From Gammaproteobacteria bacterium (lineage in GTDB: Bacteria > Pseudomonadota > Gammaproteobacteria > UBA4575): a stretch of 64,000 nucleotides of DNA. This document shows positions 1 to 9,400 of this stretch, piece by piece; within the stretch, counting starts at the first letter, position 1; each line of letters starts with the position of its first letter. The position numbers and the translations under genes are program-made. Below the pieces are notes generated by a model. That model was not told the DNA's origin and did not search any database. It was given only the letters and a program-made list of their open reading frames with translations. The stretch covers positions 817,560 through 881,559 of the forward strand of contig OZ244982.1 of the NCBI GenBank assembly GCA_965223115.1, written 5' to 3'.

Positions 1-616
1 GATTTGTGCAAAGAGCTGTCCTAAAGCCAATATAACCAGGATTTGCTTTCATTAAGGTGGGTATGTCATCTATAGCTAAAGAGCCAGCAAGGCCTGTAAG
101 TAAATCATTTTGTTTGGCACGGTTAATGAAATACTCAAGTTGTATGATATTTTTATGCTTAAGTAAGCCACCAGAACCTTTGCGAGCTGTGTCTAACATG
201 ACCCCTTTTAGACGTGCACTTTTGGCAATGTTAATTGCATTATCAATATCAAAACCCATATCAGCAAAAAACACAGCAATGATTGCAATGCCTTTATTAG
301 AACAATGGATTAGTTGGGGCAAACAATTTTCTATGTGGCGTTCGCTGAACATACCAACTTTCACGTAGTCGACTCCTGTTTCAGCCGTCTGCATGACTTT
401 ATCTTCTATAGCAGCGACGTCAGCAGGCAAATCCCCTACCGTGGCGCTGATGGCACATTTTTCCCACAATTCATCAACTACATAATGGATAACATTTAAT
501 GGAACGGCTCCCAAGGCACCATGGTTAGGTTCTTTCAAATCAATGATGTCTGCACCACCTTGATATGCGATGTTGGATTCTTGAAGGTTGCGTACGCTAG
601 CGAGCATTCCTGTCAT
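1..616 (-). CDS. MfnB-like TIM-barrel protein (DUF556; (5-formylfuran-3-yl)methyl phosphate synthase family), methanofuran biosynthesis. The C-terminal part continues left of the window.
   Basis: Reverse-strand translation from the ATG at 616-614 reads MTGMLASVRNLQESNIAYQGGADIIDLKEPNHGALGAVPL..., matching the conserved N-terminus of the archaeal/methylotroph MfnB family. The start overlaps the stop of the upstream gene (ATGA). The plus-strand ORFs listed at 57-706 are antisense artefacts. Confidence 0.5.
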   Translation of the reverse strand, partial: MTGMLASVRNLQESNIAYQGGADIIDLKEPNHGALGAVPLNVIHYVVDELWEKCAISATVGDLPADVAAIEDKVMQTAETGVDYVKVGMFSERHIENCLPQLIHCSNKGIAIIAVFFADMGFDIDNAINIAKSARLKGVMLDTARKGSGGLLKHKNIIQLEYFINRAKQNDLLTGLAGSLAIDDIPTLMKANPGYIGFRTALCTN

Positions 617-1185
617 AGCTGTTCATCCTTTTGCATGAATGTATCTACTTTTTCCATTAACCATCCCCATGCTTCTTGTTCTCGCCAGCCAGATGTTTTT
701 TCATAGCCTATACGTAGATATTCGATTTCTTGGAGTATTTTGTCTTGTGGCAACATATGTAGACGACTGACCAAAATCGCAAGTTCAAGCACTGCAAACT
801 GTGCGCGATTATACCCATGAAAGGGTGCATGTGTGACTTCATTTGCAATTTTGCATAAGAATTTTGGGCGAACTTCATCCTCTACTTTATTAATTACCTC
901 TAACTCTGTGTGGGCTAAGCAATTTTCTAAGCGCATACCATCAATAATATCAGTTGGACATGTTGGCCAAACTAGATTTCCAGTTAAACAACCTGCATAT
1001 ACACGTACATCATCAGTATAATTCAAAGTTGCAGTCCCATCTCGCTCTACATTATCTAATGTAGCAGAGGGTTTGAAAGGAAGGATAATTAAGTACTCTT
1101 CATCTTCATGTATACCCATGGGTGCTATGTGTACAGTTTTATCCTCCTGTACTGTCGTGACGATGCATTCGCGTATAAATGGCAT
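613..1185 (-). CDS. DUF447-family protein, typically encoded in H4MPT/methanofuran cofactor gene clusters
   Basis: 190-aa ORF translationally coupled to the DHPS-like gene upstream and the MfnB-like gene downstream. Length and composition fit DUF447 (flavin-reductase-like fold). Family assignment is from memory only. Confidence 0.4.
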   Translation of the reverse strand: MPFIRECIVTTVQEDKTVHIAPMGIHEDEEYLIILPFKPSATLDNVERDGTATLNYTDDVRVYAGCLTGNLVWPTCPTDIIDGMRLENCLAHTELEVINKVEDEVRPKFLCKIANEVTHAPFHGYNRAQFAVLELAILVSRLHMLPQDKILQEIEYLRIGYEKTSGWREQEAWGWLMEKVDTFMQKDEQL

Positions 1186-1195
1186 GTCAAATCCC

Positions 1196-2611
1196 TTATT
1201 TTTTCTTGCTTGCTTTTTTGCGGTCTTTGCGTGTGTGCATAGTATTGCCAGCTTCTTTAAATTGTGTCATGTCCTGTGCTTCTTTTTTGGTTGCCACACC
1301 CCAGCTGAGTTCTTCGTCCTGTTGATAACGTTTTCCCAATTGCCAAGCAATTTGAGCACGAGCATGTTCTACGCCTAGGTAAAATGCATGACCGCCATCA
1401 TCTTCTACGTTTAAGTTGGGATAAACTTCATATGGATCCGTAGTAGTGTATATGCCGTCTCTGTTATAAGTGTGAATGCCTTCTTCGCTCACCTGTATAC
1501 GGAAGTTTGAATCTTTAATTTGTGCAGCAAACTCATTAATTTCTTCTACTGTATAAGGGAATGGCTTGCGTTCATGTAAAGCCATTAAGTTATTGTCATA
1601 GCCTTTGGGTGGAATATTATCGATTCTAGATGCATACATGATGCGACGAGCAAGATCGGCTTCGCGTACTGCACAACGACAATGTTCACTGACCTCTGTT
1701 GCTAAGAGATATTGGATTTCCAGTTCCGAAATTATGCCTAGTAATAAAGCATTGGTACCCGAAGTATCTGCATGAGTCAGTTCTGTTAAATTACCAACGC
1801 CCATCATCATTTGAATATCAGGATAACGGTTGCGTAAATTTCGATAACGTACAATAGACTCAGTAAATCCAAAATGGATAGGGTCTAGAATAGAATCAGC
1901 AATAAACTCTCTTCCTTGCTTTAATAATTTGTCGATAGCCCGATAAAGAGAACGTACATCTGCTGGTGTATTGCCAATAAGAATCGGTGTGGAGGCTACT
2001 TCTTGTGTTACCCACAGTGATTTTTCGTTTAAGCTAAGTAAATAGTCTGCCCCAGCTAGACCGCCCACTATGAGATCTTCAGGGGTAAGTGAATCGACGC
2101 TTATTATAAAATTTTCAGCCTTAAGCGCCTGTACGGCTTCTTCCAGATGAGGGAAAGGTGTACTGGGCAGGCAACCTAGATCAATAACATTGGCTCCATC
2201 TTCTTTATAAGTAAAAGCACGTTTTATAATGTCCTCAATAGACATATTTGGTGCATCGACAATCTCAGCAAATATTTGTACGTCGTACTTGCTCAGATCA
2301 GTTTTTCTGTTTGTTTGACCAAAATAAGCCGGTAAATCTTTTAATTCTTCCGGTCCACGTTCAACTGGTATTCCAACTGACTTAGAGAGTACTTCAATAT
2401 CGCCTCTGCAGCGCCCTGGGATTACAATTCGATTAGCTTTACCTGGGTTGGTTAAACGTTTTTCAATGAGTTGTGTTGTCATTAATGCTGCAACACTGAC
2501 GCCAAGCTGTAGAACGCTATACGTAAATGCAGTTGGTTGCATAGATTCCAGCACGCGATGCAAACTTTTTTCTGCAAGTTTGCCAGTTAAAAAGAGAATA
2601 TGCTCAGGCAT
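1196..2611 (-). CDS. Dihydropteroate-synthase-like pterin-binding protein (H4MPT-pathway DHPS paralog with an N-terminal extension)
   Basis: 471 aa. The C-terminal half has the DHPS/pterin-binding TIM-barrel pattern (…VIDLGCLPSTPFP…, …GVGNLTELTHADTSGTNALL…). Operonic with the DUF447 and MfnB-like genes. Confidence 0.5.
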   Translation of the reverse strand: MPEHILFLTGKLAEKSLHRVLESMQPTAFTYSVLQLGVSVAALMTTQLIEKRLTNPGKANRIVIPGRCRGDIEVLSKSVGIPVERGPEELKDLPAYFGQTNRKTDLSKYDVQIFAEIVDAPNMSIEDIIKRAFTYKEDGANVIDLGCLPSTPFPHLEEAVQALKAENFIISVDSLTPEDLIVGGLAGADYLLSLNEKSLWVTQEVASTPILIGNTPADVRSLYRAIDKLLKQGREFIADSILDPIHFGFTESIVRYRNLRNRYPDIQMMMGVGNLTELTHADTSGTNALLLGIISELEIQYLLATEVSEHCRCAVREADLARRIMYASRIDNIPPKGYDNNLMALHERKPFPYTVEEINEFAAQIKDSNFRIQVSEEGIHTYNRDGIYTTTDPYEVYPNLNVEDDGGHAFYLGVEHARAQIAWQLGKRYQQDEELSWGVATKKEAQDMTQFKEAGNTMHTRKDRKKASKKK

Positions 2612-2845
2612 TTAATAATATACATCCATATTGAGTTCGATATGTAGCTTTCCTATGTAAAGTATTTACATAAGTAAATATAAGTAACTGCTTAATATAT
2701 ATAGTAATCCTTGTCACGTTAAAGTAGTTCGTAAAGTATTATTGAGCACGTACTTATTGATAGAGAGATAAAAAAAGCAGTGAATAAATACTGATATCTT
2801 GTTTAGAATGCCTACACAATTATATTTTAAATTGCTCACCTATAC

Positions 2846-4579
2846 ATGCTAACCACAATCAAACGTCGTCCAGAAGTCGAGATCAGCGAACATTTTCAAG
2901 ACCATCCGCCAATATTACAGCGTATCTACGCACAACGGGGCATTAGTAGCGAAGAAGAAGTCAATCATTCTCTTTCTAAGGCACTGCCACCAGGAAAATT
3001 GCTAAACGTAGATATTGGTGTAGAGCTGATCTATCGTTGTATGTGTGAAAAGCAGCGTGTTCTCATCATTGGTGATTTTGATGCAGATGGTGCAACCAGC
3101 ACCGCCTTGTTTATTCGTGCCTTACATAGCTTTGGATTTACAGAAGTCAATTATTTAGTTCCGAACCGCTTTGAATTTGGCTATGGCTTAACCCCTGAAA
3201 TTGTAGAAGTTGCTAGTGAATATGACCCAAGTCTGATTATCACTGTGGATAATGGTATATCGAGTATTGCTGGTGTTGCTGCAGCAAAAGCTAAGGGTTA
3301 CCAAGTGCTTATCACTGATCATCACTTGCCTGGAGAAGAGTTGCCACAGGCAGATGTCATCATTAACCCAAATCAACCACAAGATGAGTTTCCCAGTAAA
3401 CACCTTGCTGGGGTAGGGGTTGTGTTTTATGTGTTGTCTGCTTTACGGACTTATCTTCGCGATCAAGGTTGGTTTACGGTACAACAGTTAACAGAACCTA
3501 ATTTAGCGCAGTTTCTGGATCTTGTTGCCGTAGGGACAGTGGCTGATGTTGCTAGGTTAGACTACAACAATCGAATATTAGTGGATCAAGGTTTACGTAG
3601 AATTCGTGCTGGTAAATGTTGTATTGGTATACATACGTTATTAACTGTTGCGGGGAAAAATCTTCTTCGTACTAGTGCAACTGATCTAGGCTTTGTAATT
3701 GGTCCCAGACTCAATGCGGCGGGACGGCTTGAAGATATGTCATTGGGAATCGAATGTTTACTTACCAATAATGAGTCAAAAGCCACTGAGCTTGCCAAAA
3801 AGCTGAATAATCTCAACGAAGAACGTAAGCAAATTGAGCAAGAGATGCAAATTCAGGCAATTAATGTGCTCAAATCAAAGAGTTTTGCAGGAATCGACGA
3901 TCATCAATATGGAATTGCGCTATATGATGCAGATTGGCATCAAGGTGTAATTGGAATCGTAGCGGCACGACTAAAAGAAAAGTTTCATCGTCCTAGCATT
4001 GTATTTGCTCAAACAAATGACAATGAAATGAAAGGATCTGCACGTTCTATTCAAGGTCTACATATTCGTGATGCATTGGATTTAATGGCAGCACGCCATC
4101 CAGGTTTAATTAATACCTTTGGCGGTCATGCTATGGCGGCAGGGCTTTCAATCGCAAAACATCATTTTGAAAAATTTGCCTTTGTTTTCAATCAAACGAT
4201 AAAAGAACTTGTAACACCAGAACAATTAGAAGCCATACTGTTGTCTGACGGAGAATTAAATGATGCTGAGTTGTGTTTGGAAATTGCTGAAACTTTATTT
4301 CGGGCGGGTCCTTGGGGGCAGGGTTTTCCAGAACCAGTTTTTGATGGTGTATTTAATGTAGTTGAACACCGTATTGTGGGTAAGCATCATTTAAAATTGT
4401 GCTTGACACCACAAGGAAGTGAAAAAAGAATTGATGCAATTGCATTTAATATGGATAAGCACCACTGGCATAAAAGCGCCAAGCAAGTACATATCGCCTA
4501 TCAACTTGCTGTTAATGAGTTTAGAGGAATTCGATCCCCACAGCTCATTATACAATATTTAGAAGCTACAGATGCTTAA
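2846..4579 (+). CDS. recJ: Single-stranded-DNA-specific 5'-3' exonuclease RecJ
   Basis: 577 aa with the DHH motifs (…IIGDFDADGATS…, …ITDHHLPG…) and the DHHA1 GGHAMAAG motif. Confidence 0.9.
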   Translation: MLTTIKRRPEVEISEHFQDHPPILQRIYAQRGISSEEEVNHSLSKALPPGKLLNVDIGVELIYRCMCEKQRVLIIGDFDADGATSTALFIRALHSFGFTEVNYLVPNRFEFGYGLTPEIVEVASEYDPSLIITVDNGISSIAGVAAAKAKGYQVLITDHHLPGEELPQADVIINPNQPQDEFPSKHLAGVGVVFYVLSALRTYLRDQGWFTVQQLTEPNLAQFLDLVAVGTVADVARLDYNNRILVDQGLRRIRAGKCCIGIHTLLTVAGKNLLRTSATDLGFVIGPRLNAAGRLEDMSLGIECLLTNNESKATELAKKLNNLNEERKQIEQEMQIQAINVLKSKSFAGIDDHQYGIALYDADWHQGVIGIVAARLKEKFHRPSIVFAQTNDNEMKGSARSIQGLHIRDALDLMAARHPGLINTFGGHAMAAGLSIAKHHFEKFAFVFNQTIKELVTPEQLEAILLSDGELNDAELCLEIAETLFRAGPWGQGFPEPVFDGVFNVVEHRIVGKHHLKLCLTPQGSEKRIDAIAFNMDKHHWHKSAKQVHIAYQLAVNEFRGIRSPQLIIQYLEATDA

Positions 4580-4651
4580 ATTAATTTGAATTTTACTTTA
4601 CTATACTCGCGCACTATGTGCTAAAGAGAAATCAAGTAGCCTAAGATCGAT

Positions 4652-5747
4652 ATGGAAATTAACCCACTGCAAAATTTAATAGAGGATCTTCAAGTCCGTT
4701 CTGCAAGTCTAAGGGGGTATCTTTGACTATGAAAATAAGCGTGAACAATTAGATGAAGTCAGTCGTGAATTAGAGGATCCTGATATCTGGAATCAACCTG
4801 AGCTAGCTCAAAAACTAGGTAAAGAGCGTGCTAATCTCGAAACAGTAGTAAAAACCATCGAAGATGTAGAAGGCGGCATCAATGATGCCAATGACTTATT
4901 GATATTGGCAGCAGAAGAGGGAGATGATGATACCTTAAAGTCGATTGAGCATGACCTTTTAGAGCTGGAAACACGAGTTGCGAATTTAGAATTTCGTCGA
5001 ATGTTTGCAGGCGAAATGGATCCCAATCATGCCTTTTTAGATATACAGTCAGGTTCTGGCGGTACTGAAGCACAAGATTGGGCTGAGATGTTATTGCGTA
5101 TGTATTTGCGTTGGGGTGAGCGTAAAGGTTTTAAAACTGAATTGATCGAAGTGTCGCCTGGTGAAGTGGCAGGTATAAAAAGCGCAACGATTAAATTCGA
5201 AGGAGAATATGCCTTTGGTTGGCTGCGTACTGAAACTGGTGTACATCGTTTAGTAAGAAAGTCACCATTTGATTCAGGTAATCGAAGACATACTTCATTT
5301 GCAGCAGTATTTGTTTCACCAGAAATTGATGATGATATCGATATTGACATTAACCCCGCTGATTTGCGTATAGATGTTTATCGTGCCAGTGGTGCTGGAG
5401 GACAACACGTTAATAAGACGGAGTCAGCAGTAAGAATTACACATTTGCCCACAGGAGTTGTGACACAATGTCAAAATGATCGTTCGCAACATAAAAATAA
5501 AGATGTTGCCATGAAACAACTTAAGGCGAAATTGTATGAACTAGAGATTCAAAAACGCCAGGGAGAACAACAACAAATCGAGGACAGTAAGGCTGATATA
5601 GGTTGGGGAAGCCAAATACGATCATATGTCTTGGATCAGTCACGTATTAAAGATCTGCGCACTTCAGTTGAAACGGGTAACACGCAAGCTGTACTTGATG
5701 GTGATTTAGACCAATTTATTGAAGCTAGCCTTAAGAGCGGGCTATAA
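4652..5747 (+). CDS. prfB: Peptide chain release factor 2, requiring a programmed +1 ribosomal frameshift (join 4652..4723 with 4725..5747)
   Basis: ATG at 4652 opens a 24-codon frame ending CTT TGA C (4721-4727), preceded by the internal Shine-Dalgarno-like AGGGGG. The +1 frame continues into the 282-aa ORF carrying the GGQ motif (…[11 protein letters not shown]…) and the RF2 SPF motif (…[14 protein letters not shown]…). Confidence 0.9.
4709..4727 (+). other. prfB autoregulatory +1 frameshift site (SD-like AGGGGG, then UAU CUU UGA C)
   Basis: Sequence agggggtatctttgac. This is the canonical RF2 frameshift cassette. Confidence 0.85.
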
Positions 5748-5752
5748 CTAGT

Positions 5753-7261
5753 ATGTCAAATAAGAATCAAACAGAAGATCAAAACATTGATGAGAATAAG
5801 CTCATTGCACAACGTCGCACAAAGTTAACTGCGTTGCGAGAAAGTGCACAAGCTTTTCCAAACCACTTTCGTCGCGATAGCTATGCACAAGATTTGCAAG
5901 ATCAATTTAGTGCAAAGAGCAAAGAGGAATTAGTAGAGCTTGATCATATTGTCAAGGTGGCGGGCCGTATCATGGCTAAGCGCGGGCCGTTTCTTGTATT
6001 ACAAGATATGTCAGGACGTATACAAGCATACATAGATCGTAAGAATCTGGATAAAGAAATTGTTAAAAATATCGATACTTGGGACATTGGGGATATCATA
6101 GGTGTGCAAGGCCCTGTAAATAAATCAGGTAAGGGTGATTTGTATATAAAAATGCAATCAGTCGAGCTACTAACAAAAGCGTTGCGACCTTTGCCAGAAA
6201 AATTTCATGGTTTAACTGATTTGGAGCAACGATATCGTCAACGTTATGTAGATTTAATCATGAGCGAAGAATCGCGTAACGTTTTTACCATGCGAACAAA
6301 AATCATTCAGTATCTACGTGATTTTCTTGTTGGTCGTAGGTTTGTTGAAGTAGAAACCCCAATGATGCAAGTTATACCAGGTGGTGCCACTGCCCGGCCA
6401 TTTATTACTCATCATAATGCGCTCGATATACCTTTATATATGCGAGTTGCACCGGAATTATATTTGAAACGTTTGGTTGTCGGTGGAGTAGAGCGTGTAT
6501 TTGAAATTAATCGAAATTTTCGTAATGAAGGCTTATCCACGCGCCATAATCCTGAATTTACTATGCTTGAATTTTATCAAGCTTATGCAGATTATCGTGA
6601 TTTAATGGATCTTACGGAAGAAATGCTACGCGGTATATGTGTTGAAGTGCTGGGTACTACATCCATTCAATATGGCGATGAGGTTTATGATTTCAGCAAA
6701 CCATTTGCACGTATGACCGTGAAGGAGTCTATTCTACGTTATAACGCAAAACTAACCGCGGATGATTTGGATAGTATAAATAGCGCAAAAGCTGTGGCAA
6801 AAGAATTAAATATACCCGTTAAAGATAATTATGGCCTGGGTAAAATACAAATTGAAATTTTTGAAAAAACAGTAGAAGAAAAACTCAAAGACCCGACATT
6901 TATTACTGCGTATCCAACCGAAGTTTCGCCATTGGCGCGTAAAAATGACAAAGATCCATTTGTAACAGACCGTTTTGAATTTTTTGTAGGAAGTCGGGAA
7001 CTTGCAAATGGTTTTTCTGAATTGAATGATCCTGAAGAGCAGGCTGAGCGTTTTAAAGCTCAAGTTGCGGAAAAAGATGCTGGTGATGAAGAAGCCATGC
7101 ACTATGATGCTGACTATATACGTGCATTAGAATATGGATTACCTCCAACAGCAGGTGAAGGTATTGGTATTGATAGGCTTGTGATGTTGTTTACAAATTC
7201 ACATTCGATAAGAGATGTGATCTTATTTCCTCATATGAGGCCTGATTCAATTGAAAATTGA
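5753..7261 (+). CDS. lysS: Lysine--tRNA ligase (class II)
   Basis: 502 aa. Class II motifs (…FRNEG…, …[35 protein letters not shown]…, …[18 protein letters not shown]…). Immediately downstream of prfB, the conserved prfB-lysS pairing. Confidence 0.95.
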   Translation: MSNKNQTEDQNIDENKLIAQRRTKLTALRESAQAFPNHFRRDSYAQDLQDQFSAKSKEELVELDHIVKVAGRIMAKRGPFLVLQDMSGRIQAYIDRKNLDKEIVKNIDTWDIGDIIGVQGPVNKSGKGDLYIKMQSVELLTKALRPLPEKFHGLTDLEQRYRQRYVDLIMSEESRNVFTMRTKIIQYLRDFLVGRRFVEVETPMMQVIPGGATARPFITHHNALDIPLYMRVAPELYLKRLVVGGVERVFEINRNFRNEGLSTRHNPEFTMLEFYQAYADYRDLMDLTEEMLRGICVEVLGTTSIQYGDEVYDFSKPFARMTVKESILRYNAKLTADDLDSINSAKAVAKELNIPVKDNYGLGKIQIEIFEKTVEEKLKDPTFITAYPTEVSPLARKNDKDPFVTDRFEFFVGSRELANGFSELNDPEEQAERFKAQVAEKDAGDEEAMHYDADYIRALEYGLPPTAGEGIGIDRLVMLFTNSHSIRDVILFPHMRPDSIEN

Positions 7262-7361
7262 ATAATATTAAGTGAAAATTGCTACTGTACTAATTTATTG
7301 TCTCTTAATTCTTGAAGTTAGCATTACTAGTTCAGCATTTGCTAGTTGTGAAAAAAATAGA

Positions 7362-8156
7362 ATAAAACTTCAAGTTCTAAGTTCTGGGGGGTCCTGAATT
7401 AAGTGATTAACGTGCATCAACATCTTATTTAAATTAGATAGATGGTCGAGCTGCGGTACAGATAGACACAGGTACGAGGAGCAGCTTGAATTTCGAAAAG
7501 TCCGGGGCAGATATTATAAGATATTAAAGCAATTTTATTTACCCATCTACACGTAGATCATAGCCAATATTTACCTGCTTATATAAAAGGTTCTTTTTTT
7601 AGTTCTAGAAATAATAATTTGTACATTTATGGCCCGGATGGTAATGATTTAATGCCATTGACTTCTAGTTTCGTAGAAAGTTTGTTTGGTACTTCTGGAG
7701 CATATAAGTATTTAAATAGTTATTTAAATGAAAATCAAATAAGTGATTATAAAATTTTAGTTTGAAGATGTAAGTTTACAATGATATAAAACTCATACTT
7801 TTAAAGTTGGTGATATCTTTACTATTGCTTCTATAGCAGTTCATCATGGTCCTATTGCGGCCATTGCATGGAGAGTGAACATATTAGGATGTTCGATAAC
7901 ATTCTCTGGAGATATGTGTAATCACAGTCAATCTTTAACCACTTTAGCAAAAGGAAGTGATATCTTGGTCGCACATAATGCAATTCCTGAGAATGCAACA
8001 GGTGTAGTACGTAATTTACATACGCCTCCATCTGAAATTGGTAAAATTGCGAATGAAGCAGGTGTAAAAAAGTTAATTTTATCTCACCGAATGCAGAGAA
8101 CATTAAGTAAAAAAGAAGAAACTAAAGAGATTATCCAAGAAAAATATAATGGTTAA
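7362..8156 (+). pseudogene. Degraded metallo-beta-lactamase-fold hydrolase gene (several frameshifts and stops, start codon apparently lost)
   Basis: Three different frames carry consecutive pieces of one MBL-fold protein: IKLQVLSSGGS* (7362-7397, ATA where ATG is expected), …FTHLHVDHSQYLPAYIKGSFF… (HxHxDH motif, about 7540-7760), and …ITAIAVHHGPIAAIAWRVNILGCSITFSGDM…LILSHRM… (7830-8156). At least three in-frame stops. A G6 homopolymer sits at 7386-7391. Confidence 0.6.
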
Positions 8157-8213
8157 GTGAATTTTGCAAATGATTTAGATAGTTTTATTTCTAGCCTTCG
8201 ATATAATAAAAAG

Positions 8214-8237
8214 GTAGCGAAGCATTTGCTTCGCTAC
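8214..8237 (-). terminator. Rho-independent terminator for the 8259-9281 gene
   Basis: Perfect 11-bp stem gtagcgaagca/tgcttcgctac with a short loop. On the minus strand it is followed by a T-rich run (ctttttattatat). Confidence 0.6.
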
Positions 8238-8258
8238 TAAACTCGAGTATTATATTTC

Positions 8259-9281
8259 TCAGTTAGTTGTAAACTCGATTAACTCGACGCGGTCTCCTGT
8301 GTTTAAATCAATCTCTACTATCAAGCCAACCCCAGGCGCATAATATTTGTTTTCGTTAGCTTCTGAATCTAAAGGTGTGAAATCGCGTGTAATTAAGCAG
8401 TCTCCGTTACATGATGCAGCGGGAGAAGTTTCACTGCCATCTGTGGCTAAAATCTCAATAATGTCTTCGGCATCACCCCAAGCTACTTCTTGCCTAATGA
8501 TTTCTCCGATTTGAGGAACAGAAGGTAAGAGAATTCCAGCTTTTGCTCCGTCTCGGCCGGCTTTCCATGACCCATCAATATCGACTAATTCGGGATTTTC
8601 AGGATCATCGCCTTCAAAGCTTTCAAAGTTTTGCGAGATTTCGCCGCAATACCAAACATTTCCGTAAATGTCTTGAGCATACCAGTCATCCGTACTTTCT
8701 ACTAACTCCTCATCAACTTCGGCGATATCCCTGATTGTTACGCAGGTAACACCATCAATTAGTTTTGTTTCGTTAGTTACTATAACAGTTATTGTTTCGG
8801 TTTCTTCTTCACCTTCATCATCTATTGTAGTTCCTTCGTATACCCATTGATTACCCGTAACAAGCGGGAAATAAGGGTTAGGTGTTATACTTTTTCCTAT
8901 TTCTAAAGGATTTACAAAATTATCTGCGAAGTCTTCACCAAAGGGTGGGTCGTAGGGTTCTTGGCCTATGTCTCTACATAAACTTTTGCGTGCTCTAAAT
9001 ATTTCTTGACATTCTTTGGAGCTTTGACGTTGTTCTATCTTTGATTCACGTAAACAATTTGATTTTTCTTCATCATCACTTTCATTTAAACACGCTGCAA
9101 CATATTCAAGATAATTGTCTCTAACATCAAACTCACATGCAAATTTTAAAAATCTTGCAGTTTTTGCGCAGGTACGCTCATGGTTTTGGTTATGACTCGA
9201 AAATGATGTTGTAGGGAACACATATAAGAACCCAATTATACTTATTGAAATTACTGTAAAATTAAATCTAGACAACTTCAT
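8259..9281 (-). CDS. Secreted hypothetical protein, Cys-rich N-terminal region and very acidic body
   Basis: 340 aa. N-terminal signal peptide (MKLSRFNFTVISISIIGFLYVFPTTSFS), many Cys in the first 110 residues, long D/E-rich stretches. No recognised catalytic motif. Confidence 0.5.
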   Translation of the reverse strand: MKLSRFNFTVISISIIGFLYVFPTTSFSSHNQNHERTCAKTARFLKFACEFDVRDNYLEYVAACLNESDDEEKSNCLRESKIEQRQSSKECQEIFRARKSLCRDIGQEPYDPPFGEDFADNFVNPLEIGKSITPNPYFPLVTGNQWVYEGTTIDDEGEEETETITVIVTNETKLIDGVTCVTIRDIAEVDEELVESTDDWYAQDIYGNVWYCGEISQNFESFEGDDPENPELVDIDGSWKAGRDGAKAGILLPSVPQIGEIIRQEVAWGDAEDIIEILATDGSETSPAASCNGDCLITRDFTPLDSEANENKYYAPGVGLIVEIDLNTGDRVELIEFTTN

Positions 9282-9400
9282 GGCGATTCTCCTGTATGTT
9301 TTTTAGCTAAGCATTTGTTGCTTACTGTTAAACTTACAGAATGAACTTTACTAGAAGCTTATATATAGATTATCAAATGGTAATTTTTCTAAGTTGTAAT

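Noticed and set aside
57-706. Three plus-strand ORFs (57-368, 314-499, 521-706) at the window start
   Set aside because: They lie antisense to a continuous, motif-bearing minus-strand reading frame (the MfnB-like protein starting at the ATG at 616-614). They have no recognisable protein features and are taken as shadow ORFs.
3188-3816. Antisense ORFs inside recJ (3188-3403, 3586-3816) and similar antisense ORFs inside lysS, sdhA, mfd, ccmF, msbA and others
   Set aside because: All lie opposite long, motif-rich genes and have no independent support.
7386-7391. G6 homopolymer at the first stop of the MBL pseudogene as a possible phase-variation switch
   Set aside because: The gene carries several additional independent stops and frameshifts downstream, so restoring this tract could not restore the protein.
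9313-9332. Small hairpin (taagca-tttgt-tgctta) downstream of the sensor kinase
   Set aside because: It lacks a U-tract on the appropriate side for either strand, so it is not called as an intrinsic terminator.
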